A program made the position numbers and the translations under genes. The notes below the pieces were generated by a model. That model was given only the letters and a program-made list of their open reading frames with translations. It searched no databases and was not told where the DNA came from. A stretch of 64,000 nucleotides of DNA from the NCBI GenBank assembly GCA_050950825.1, contig JBMNIH010000007.1, positions 64,001 to 128,000 of the forward strand, read 5' to 3'. Numbering within the stretch: the stretch's first letter is position 1; each line of letters begins with the position of its first letter. This DNA comes from Clostridia bacterium (GTDB taxonomy: Bacteria > Bacillota > Clostridia > JAAYHZ01). This document shows positions 55,913 to 64,000 of this stretch, in pieces.

Positions 55913-56047
55913 ATGAAATTGCACACGACATATTGTAAACAAAAATCGCCGACAAGTCAATATATTTTTCGGGAATATTTCTGTTTGCCGGTTAAACCCA
56001 TGGTATAATAGGGCGAGAAAAGGACGTTTCGAAAAGAGGTATTTTCC

Positions 56048-57859
56048 ATGAACATCATATATATTCACACCCATGACTTAGGGATATACAACCAAGCATA
56101 CGGATACAACGTTCCTACGCCCAATATATACGACTTTGCAAAGGAAGGCACGTTGTTTCGACGCAATTATTGCGTGAACCCTACATGCTCCGCCAGCAGA
56201 GCGGCCATGCTGACGGGGGAGACGCCCCACCAATGCGGGATGACCGGCTTGGCACATCGAGGGTTTTCTTTAAACAATCCCAAAAAGCATTTGGCAAACT
56301 TCTTAAAGGAGCACGGCTACGAAACGGTTTTGTGCGGCGTTCAGCATGAGATTGCGCAAAAGGGAAGGTATTGGGAAACACTAGGATACGAACATTTCTT
56401 GCAGGGAAAAGAAGAAGCAAAGCCTTTCAACGGTTTTGTGAATCAAGATATGAAAAACGCGGAAGCGGTTGTGGAATACATTGAAAACAGAAAGAAAGAC
56501 AAGCCTTTGTTCTTGTCCTTCGGTATGGCCGGAACTCACCGAAAATATATCGAAGCGGATATGGGAATCGATCCGAACTATATTTCCGTTCCTTATCCCC
56601 TTTACGATACGGAGGATACAAGAAAAGACTTTGCTCAATTTATGGCCTCTGCAATGGTGATGGACTATTGTGCAGGCCTTGTGTTTGACGCATTAAAGAG
56701 AAACGGTTACCAAGAGGATTCCTTTATCTTCTTTACAACGGATCATGGAATCGCTTTTCCTCGAATGAAATGCAATCTTTACGACAGCGGCATTCATGTT
56801 TCCCTCATTATTCAATGTCCCGATAACCGGCTAAAAGGAAAAGCGGTTGATTCCTTAACGTCCCATTTGGATATCTTTCCTACCGTATGCGATTACGCCG
56901 GGCTTGAAAAACCGGATCGATTGGTAGGAAAATCTTTAATGCCTCTTCTTCAAAACCAAAGGGATAAGGTTCGAGAAGAAATTTTTGCGGAAATAAACTA
57001 CCATGCCGCTTACGAACCCGTAAGGTGTATTCGGACCGAACGCTTTAAATATATTAAATACTACGGTACCTACGAAAAAATCGTAGCTCCGAATTGCGAT
57101 AACGGTCTTACCAAACGATTCATGGTAAACAACGGTTGGCTGAAGGAAGACCATTTGAGAGAAGGGCTTTTTGATTTGTATCTGAACCCGGGAGAACGGG
57201 TGAATCTTATAGATCGGCCGGAATATGCGGAAATATTGCAGGATTTGAAGAATAGATTAAATGAATATATGATATCAACGGAGGATCCCTTGCTGAAGGG
57301 AGATATTCCTTTCCCCGAAGGCGGAAAAACGGATAAAATTTATAAAATCGGACCGGATTACAGGCCGAAGGTATCCTTGATTGCGGCCATGTCTAAAAAT
57401 TACGTTATCGGAATGGATGAAAAGATACCTTGGAGAATTCCCGGAGAGCAAAAAAGGTTTAAGGAGCTTACCATGGGTAAGACCATTATATTAGGGCGTA
57501 AGACCCACGAATCCATCGGGCGGCCTCTTCCCGGCAGAAAAACCATCGTAATATCAAGAAGCAAAAACTTCGACGGTCCTAACTGCATCACCGTAGAATC
57601 GTTGTACGATGCCTTGCTTCTGGCAAAGGACGAAGAGGAGGTCTTCATCGCCGGCGGAGGAAGGGTGTATGAAGAAGCCTTGCCGTTCGCCGACTGCATT
57701 TATTTAACGGTTATCGATCGAGAATACGACGGCAATGTGTTTTTCCCGAAATTTAACATGGAACTTTTTGAAAAAACCTATGAAGAAAGAATGGAAGGTG
57801 AAATACCTTATACTTACTATACTTTGAATCGTAAAAACGATAGGATTTCTTGCGTTTAA
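56048..57859 (+). CDS. sulfatase fused to dihydrofolate reductase
   Basis: N-terminal HTHD, CSASR..MLTG, TTDHG; from ~57368 KVSLIAAM..N.VIG...IPW.IPGEQ..F, GRKT.ESI..PLP.R, AGG..VY, G..FFP. Confidence 0.85.
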   Translation: MNIIYIHTHDLGIYNQAYGYNVPTPNIYDFAKEGTLFRRNYCVNPTCSASRAAMLTGETPHQCGMTGLAHRGFSLNNPKKHLANFLKEHGYETVLCGVQHEIAQKGRYWETLGYEHFLQGKEEAKPFNGFVNQDMKNAEAVVEYIENRKKDKPLFLSFGMAGTHRKYIEADMGIDPNYISVPYPLYDTEDTRKDFAQFMASAMVMDYCAGLVFDALKRNGYQEDSFIFFTTDHGIAFPRMKCNLYDSGIHVSLIIQCPDNRLKGKAVDSLTSHLDIFPTVCDYAGLEKPDRLVGKSLMPLLQNQRDKVREEIFAEINYHAAYEPVRCIRTERFKYIKYYGTYEKIVAPNCDNGLTKRFMVNNGWLKEDHLREGLFDLYLNPGERVNLIDRPEYAEILQDLKNRLNEYMISTEDPLLKGDIPFPEGGKTDKIYKIGPDYRPKVSLIAAMSKNYVIGMDEKIPWRIPGEQKRFKELTMGKTIILGRKTHESIGRPLPGRKTIVISRSKNFDGPNCITVESLYDALLLAKDEEEVFIAGGGRVYEEALPFADCIYLTVIDREYDGNVFFPKFNMELFEKTYEERMEGEIPYTYYTLNRKNDRISCV

Positions 57860-57890
57860 GGCTTAAAAAGACTTTTTCACGGTGTTTTTC

Positions 57891-57920
57891 GCATAAAAAA
57901 AAAGAAAGGAACAAATACTA
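57891..57920 (+). promoter_or_regulatory. sigma-G/F-type promoter candidate
   Basis: GCATA-N18-AATACTA upstream of the spore coat genes. Confidence 0.45.
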
Positions 57921-57954
57921 ATGGTTGAAAAACACTATGAAAGGAGTCGTTTAA

Positions 57955-58140
57955 ATGACACAATTAAATGAACTCGAACTGCAGAATCTAAGACACCTCA
58001 TCGGTACCCACGAGACGGCTTATCAAAAACTGAATGCCTATGCCAATCAGTGTACCGACCCTCAGATAAAGGCGATGTTTGCAAAAGCCGCGCAAGACGC
58101 TTTACAAAGCAAGCAAAAACTAATGTCGTTTTTAGGATAA
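57955..58140 (+). CDS. small spore-coat-associated protein
   Basis: ELQNLRHLI..H....KL..YA..C.DPQ motif; AAGGAG RBS; paired with Coat F gene. Confidence 0.75.
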   Translation: MTQLNELELQNLRHLIGTHETAYQKLNAYANQCTDPQIKAMFAKAAQDALQSKQKLMSFLG

Positions 58141-58158
58141 AGAAAGGATGGTAAGAAT

Positions 58159-58404
58159 ATGACGGAAAAAGATATGGTCAATGACGTGTTGACACAGTTA
58201 AAAAGCAGTTTAACGGGATATCAGAACGTTATCTCCGAAGCATGCAATCAGCAATTTCGTCAAGAAATCAAGACAATGAGAGATAACTGCGAGAAGTTCC
58301 ATTATGATTTATACAATATTGCGGAACAAAAGGGGTATTATCAACCTGCAGGACCGGCAAACCAAAGCGAAGTACAAAGGATTAAAAATTCGTTTGTTTC
58401 TTAA
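58159..58404 (+). CDS. spore coat protein (Coat F domain)
   Basis: EKDMVND.L...K.....Y...I.E..N..R, KGYY. Confidence 0.8.
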   Translation: MTEKDMVNDVLTQLKSSLTGYQNVISEACNQQFRQEIKTMRDNCEKFHYDLYNIAEQKGYYQPAGPANQSEVQRIKNSFVS

Positions 58405-58436
58405 GAGACATCAAATGTTTCTTTCATAAGATATTT

Positions 58437-58472
58437 AAAAAACAAAGCGGCTAATAAGTCGCTTTGTTTTTT
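58437..58472 (+). terminator. intrinsic terminator
   Basis: AAACAAAGCGGCT/AGTCGCTTTGTTT stem plus T-run. Confidence 0.8.
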
Positions 58473-58679
58473 GATATATTGCTATAGCTTTTTTCTCATA
58501 AAAATACACCAATATTGGTAGGCGGGTTTCATATCATGCATAATATCGACTTCTTAACAAAAAGTGTTTGGAATTTACCATCCGCTATGGTAACATATAA
58601 CTGTGACAGTTATATTTAAATGTAGGTATTATCAATTCTTTTTATTGCAATCATTACATCATTCTATTGGAGGTCGCTT

Positions 58680-59612
58680 ATGCAAATTCGGGGAAAATTG
58701 GAAGAAGTGGTCAAAAATGTGGAGAAAGTGATTATCGGCAAGAAGGATGCCATTGAATTGTTGCTGATATCCTTGCTGTGTGAAGGACATGTGCTTATCG
58801 AAGATGTGCCCGGAGTCGGAAAGACGTCTTTAGTGTCTGCACTGGCAAGATCGTTAGATTTGGAATTCGGCCGTATACAGTTCACACCGGATATATTGCC
58901 TTCGGATATTACGGGGATCAATATTTACAATCGTAAAACCGGTGAATTCGAATTTCGTCCGGGAGCCGCTATGTCCAATATCCTATTGGCGGATGAAATC
59001 AACCGAACCACCCCGAAAACCCAGTCCAGCTTGCTGGAAATCATGGAAGAAAGGCAAGCAACGGTAGACGGAGTAACGTACAAAATGAAAACGCCTTTTA
59101 TGGTTCTCGCCACACAAAACCCCATCGATTATTTAGGTACATACCCGCTTCCCGAAGCCCAATTGGACCGATTCTTCATGAAAATCAAGATCGGATATCC
59201 CGGAATGGACGAGGAGGTCAAGATCATTAAAAGATTCCAAAGAGAAAATCCCTTGGCTTCTTTAGAGCCGGTGGTGAATAAATCGGAGGTTTTGGAAATG
59301 CAGAAAGCCTTAACCGACGTTATTATTAAGGATGAAATTGAGGAGTATATCGCAAAAATCATAAGAGAAACTCGTGCAAATTCCGACATCCAGTTAGGTG
59401 TAAGTCCCCGAGGCGGAATCAGCTTGGCAAAAGCATCCAAGGCCAAAGCCTTGTATGAAGGCAGAAATTACGTAATTCCGGACGATGTGAAAAAGATGGT
59501 CGTACCGGTATTAGCCCATAGAATCATCGTAAAACCTCAAAGCAGCTTGAAAGGCTTGACGGTAAACGGAATACTCGGAAATATTCTTGAGACGGTTCCT
59601 GTTCCTCGATAA
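58680..59612 (+). CDS. MoxR family AAA+ ATPase
   Basis: EDVPGVGKT, RIQFTPDILPSD, LADEINR, PEAQLDRF. Confidence 0.93.
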   Translation: MQIRGKLEEVVKNVEKVIIGKKDAIELLLISLLCEGHVLIEDVPGVGKTSLVSALARSLDLEFGRIQFTPDILPSDITGINIYNRKTGEFEFRPGAAMSNILLADEINRTTPKTQSSLLEIMEERQATVDGVTYKMKTPFMVLATQNPIDYLGTYPLPEAQLDRFFMKIKIGYPGMDEEVKIIKRFQRENPLASLEPVVNKSEVLEMQKALTDVIIKDEIEEYIAKIIRETRANSDIQLGVSPRGGISLAKASKAKALYEGRNYVIPDDVKKMVVPVLAHRIIVKPQSSLKGLTVNGILGNILETVPVPR

Positions 59613-59634
59613 TTCTTCGAAAGGGAGTGGCACC

Positions 59635-60834
59635 GTGATTAAAAAAATATTATATGTTTTAATTTTTCTGATCGTTCTGTTTTGTGCATTTTATACGAAC
59701 AGCGACGAGCTGTACATGTGGATGTATATCCTTCTCGGTGTTCCCTTGTTATCCTTTGCTCTTTTAGGTATCGCATCTCTAAGGCTGAAGTATACCGAAA
59801 GCATTGACAACAAAACCGTAACGCGAGGAGATAACGTAAATTATCGACTGAAAATCCATAATGAAGATTTCTTCATGTATCCCTTTGTACAAACCCACTT
59901 TTACGTGGACCATTATATCAGCCGTGAGCTGTTTCAAACCGGATACTACTTTCTCTTTCCTCGTAAGGAGTACGTGATCGAAAAGGGAATTCCCTGCAGT
60001 CATATCGGACAATTTAATATCGGAATCAAGGAATTTCGATTGACGGACTATTTCGGGTTCTTTACTTTAAAAACCGCGGAAAAAACCTCCGTGAAAAGCA
60101 TCCGTGTGCTGCCAAAGATCCATTATATCCCTCGATTTTCGTCGGTACAGGGAAACGTGGAAGAAAAGGTTTCCATATCCGGTGAAAAAGGAGTTCTGGA
60201 GGACTACACCGAAATCGAAGCCATCGACGAATACAAGCCCGGTGTTCCTTTTAAAAAGGTCCACTGGAAGGTTTCTGCGGCAAAAGACAAGTTGATGGTA
60301 AAGGAATTTGCCCATCCTAACGATTTATCCGTCAGTATGTTTGTGGACATCGACACCGGGAATTACAAGGAAGAGGATAAGCTGATCGCAAGCGATATTG
60401 TATTGGAATCGGCTCTTTCCATTGCTCATTACTTCGTTAATAACAACATTACCTGCAAAATCATGATGAACGATATGGATATGACGGACCGCACCGTCGC
60501 CGACAAGAAAGATTTTGAAGGCTATTACGATTTCATGTCGATTCTGAACATGGACCAATGGCTGTCCTTTGAAGATATTATGCGCAACTACTATACGCGC
60601 TACTTTGCTTCAAGAGACGCCATTATCGTATCCGGTCGATTGTCCGAGGACTTGATGGACTTGATCGTCGAGTTAAAAATGGCGGGAATCAATGTGGTGC
60701 TCATTACTCCGGTTTTAGGCTCGCCCGAGGAGAAAAGAAAGACCTTAACCAGTATCAGCATTCTACGAGATAAGAAAATAACCGTGTTTGATTTGTCCTC
60801 GGCCGACGATATTGGTTCGGTTTTGCATTCATAA
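59635..60834 (+). CDS. DUF58 domain-containing protein
   Basis: N-terminal TM, D.FG, EY.PG....VHWK.SA....LMVKEF; GTG start after GGGAG. Confidence 0.85.
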   Translation: MIKKILYVLIFLIVLFCAFYTNSDELYMWMYILLGVPLLSFALLGIASLRLKYTESIDNKTVTRGDNVNYRLKIHNEDFFMYPFVQTHFYVDHYISRELFQTGYYFLFPRKEYVIEKGIPCSHIGQFNIGIKEFRLTDYFGFFTLKTAEKTSVKSIRVLPKIHYIPRFSSVQGNVEEKVSISGEKGVLEDYTEIEAIDEYKPGVPFKKVHWKVSAAKDKLMVKEFAHPNDLSVSMFVDIDTGNYKEEDKLIASDIVLESALSIAHYFVNNNITCKIMMNDMDMTDRTVADKKDFEGYYDFMSILNMDQWLSFEDIMRNYYTRYFASRDAIIVSGRLSEDLMDLIVELKMAGINVVLITPVLGSPEEKRKTLTSISILRDKKITVFDLSSADDIGSVLHS

Positions 60835-60844
60835 GGAGGAAAGT

Positions 60845-63235
60845 ATGGAGAACGAAAATAAAACGAATCGAATTTTTGTCATATTTCTTGCTTTCCTGTA
60901 TGCGGTAATTACCACAGGCGTATTGTCCCTTGTATTGCTGATACCTTTCGATTACCAAACCTGTGCCGTTGTCTGCTTCGTTACGATTTTCCTGCTTTCG
61001 GTGATGTCCATAAACAAAAAATTCTTCCGGATCACCTTCTCATTGATCATCGTAGCGGTGATTGCTTTTGTAGTCGTCGTCAACAAGGGCGGCCGATTGT
61101 ACATTGTTCAGCAAACCATCTATGATTACGGAAAATGGATTTGGCAAGCTTTGACCTCCTTGCGGAGAGATACGGAACCTTTTTTGAACTTATCGGTCAT
61201 TTTAATCTCCGTCGGCGTTTCCTTGGTTTGCTACATCCTTATTATCCGAAAAATCCGACTGCTTTTATTGGTCCTCTTCTCGCTGCCTGTATATGTCATT
61301 TCTTTTCTTAACATGCAGCCTGTTGGTTTCGGACCGATGATGCTTGTCGGCGTAATCCTCATGATTTTGTTTGCGATAACCGTATTTCGTGAACAAGGAA
61401 AGTCCTTTGCGAAAACCGAGGATCGGTGGCTGGAATTTAAATATATTGCCTTTGTGATTCCCATGGTGCTTCTTTTGGTATTGGGATCCTACGGCCTTTC
61501 GAAAACCTATCGACAGGACCGTTCCTCCCAAATGAACCGAATCGTTCAAAAAACGGAAGACAAGCTGGAAGAATGGAATATTATACGAGAAAAAAAGTTT
61601 GAATTCGGAGGCGAATTCAATTTGCAGTCCACCGGTTTCCGACCGGGGGGAGAGCTAGGCGGCAATGTAAAGGAAAGCAACAGCTTAGCCATGATCGTGG
61701 AAAGCAGCATCCCTCTTTATTTAAAAGGGTCCATCACGGATATCTACACGGGAAGGTCTTGGAAGCCGAGCTTGAGAGTCGCTACCACCTTAAGAAGTAC
61801 GAATATTACCAATTATGTGACCGACGCCACCTTCTCGGAAAGGCATGTTTTTGAAGCGGCGATGAGGGCTCTTAATTATCGTTTGGATCGTGCGGATTAC
61901 GATACCTTCTTTCAAGAAGGCGAAGTGGAAATTGCTCACTACGGTTTAAAAACAAACACATTATTCTACCCGCAGAACCTGATTCAGGTGGAGCTGGCCA
62001 AGCAGAACGATCGAAAAATTCGCATCAACAGCAACAACGAATTGTATTTCCCCTTTAATGTGGTGGAGAATACCAACTACACCGTTAAATACCGATACTT
62101 TGTAATCGGGCATCCGGCGGCGGAGTATTTGCTACGTCAGTTGGGCCGAGGACTTTTGGACGAATATTTAAGCTTGGACAGAAACAAAAAGCTTAAGGAA
62201 AAATACGACTATATTTATGAAAGGTATACGGAAACGGAAGCGGTTCCGGAAAGCGTAAAGGATTTGGCTCAGAGAATCGTGGAACAGGCCGGTGCCGATA
62301 ACCGATACGATATGGCCAAAGCCATCGAATCGTATCTTAGGGAAAACTATATCTACACCTTAAGCCCCGGACCCGTACCTGCCGGAAGAGATTTTACGGA
62401 GTATTTCCTGTTCACCGGAAAAGGAGGCTACTGCACCTATTATGCAACGGCCATGACCGTCATGCTCCGCTCTTTGGGTATTCCGGCAAGATACGTGGAA
62501 GGCTTTATAACCAAAGAAGAAAACAAGATCGGTAAAATATATTCCGTTCTTTCGAAGAACAGCCATGCGTGGGTGGAAGTTTTCTTCGAAGGCGTAGGCT
62601 GGATCACTTTTGAACCGACATCTTCCATAGAAGGGGTGGTAATCCCCGGTGAAGGTACCGGTACGGGAGAAGGAGTCGGCGAATACCAACAGGAAGACGA
62701 TATTTGGGACTGGGCAGGCGGTTTGCCGGAAGAGTACTTTGAACTGCCGGATACGGATGTGATAGAAGATGAATGGTACGGTGATTACGATTGGCTCGGA
62801 AAGGGTAAAATAAAGTGGGAGACAATTCTTCTTTACATTCTCGCCGGAATACTGGTTTTGTTCTATCCCGTCAAAATTCTTCTGATAAAATTACGGCTTT
62901 TAGCGGATAGAAAAAAATCGCCGACTCGAGCCATTATACTGTATTACAACAGGCTTCTTAAGCTCTTGGATATTGCCGGCTTAGGACTTCAAACGGGAGA
63001 AACGCTGTTTGAGATGACCGACAGAAAGCATATCGTGGTTCGATCGGTACGACGGGAATTGAAGATGGCTACCGAAGCCTTCTGCTCCATCCGCTTTGCC
63101 GATATGGAGCGCGATAAAAAGGACTTTAACAACGTATACTACGTTTACAAAAAAATGCATGACAACATTAAATTCTACTTAGGATGGCGGAGGTTCTTCG
63201 TTCGAAGGTACATAAAAGGATTTAAAATATGGTAA
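60845..63235 (+). CDS. membrane transglutaminase-like protein
   Basis: Multi-TM N-terminus; GYCTYYATAM, LGIPARYVEG, HAWVEV, W..FEPT. Confidence 0.88.
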   Translation: MENENKTNRIFVIFLAFLYAVITTGVLSLVLLIPFDYQTCAVVCFVTIFLLSVMSINKKFFRITFSLIIVAVIAFVVVVNKGGRLYIVQQTIYDYGKWIWQALTSLRRDTEPFLNLSVILISVGVSLVCYILIIRKIRLLLLVLFSLPVYVISFLNMQPVGFGPMMLVGVILMILFAITVFREQGKSFAKTEDRWLEFKYIAFVIPMVLLLVLGSYGLSKTYRQDRSSQMNRIVQKTEDKLEEWNIIREKKFEFGGEFNLQSTGFRPGGELGGNVKESNSLAMIVESSIPLYLKGSITDIYTGRSWKPSLRVATTLRSTNITNYVTDATFSERHVFEAAMRALNYRLDRADYDTFFQEGEVEIAHYGLKTNTLFYPQNLIQVELAKQNDRKIRINSNNELYFPFNVVENTNYTVKYRYFVIGHPAAEYLLRQLGRGLLDEYLSLDRNKKLKEKYDYIYERYTETEAVPESVKDLAQRIVEQAGADNRYDMAKAIESYLRENYIYTLSPGPVPAGRDFTEYFLFTGKGGYCTYYATAMTVMLRSLGIPARYVEGFITKEENKIGKIYSVLSKNSHAWVEVFFEGVGWITFEPTSSIEGVVIPGEGTGTGEGVGEYQQEDDIWDWAGGLPEEYFELPDTDVIEDEWYGDYDWLGKGKIKWETILLYILAGILVLFYPVKILLIKLRLLADRKKSPTRAIILYYNRLLKLLDIAGLGLQTGETLFEMTDRKHIVVRSVRRELKMATEAFCSIRFADMERDKKDFNNVYYVYKKMHDNIKFYLGWRRFFVRRYIKGFKIW

Positions 63236-63300
63236 TCTATCCGGAAGTTTTTTGAGGATATGATATAATAGGCGAATAGATGAAACGAGATACGAAATAG

Positions 63301-64000
<700 letters not shown>

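Overview
Chromosomal window from a spore-forming Clostridia-like Firmicute (SleB, Coat F, sigma-G/K-like promoters, CIRCE; GC-rich rRNA stems hint at a thermophile). Left part is core genome: end of a his cluster (hisB end, hisF, hisIE), CIRCE-controlled groESL, a complete class C (IIC) group II intron inserted right after the groEL terminator, sporulation genes, a P-type ATPase, a two-component system with tandem DUF4342-like genes, and a full rrn operon (16S-tRNA-Ala(TGC)-23S-5S). The middle holds an ABC exporter/DUF1854/ABC exporter operon, HD and MutS-domain-V genes and an orphan MoxR. About 34-55.8 kb is an accessory-looking region ending at tRNA-Ala(GGC), with glycoside hydrolases (GH36, GH2, GH3), several pseudogene remnants and a decaying copper/metal module. 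Its response regulator is split by an IS256-family element with no target duplication, apparently shortened inverted repeats and a long 3' hairpin. The right end has a sulfatase-DHFR fusion, spore coat genes, a MoxR-DUF58-transglutaminase operon and the start of metG. No CRISPR array was seen. All calls come from reading motifs by eye; no searches were run.
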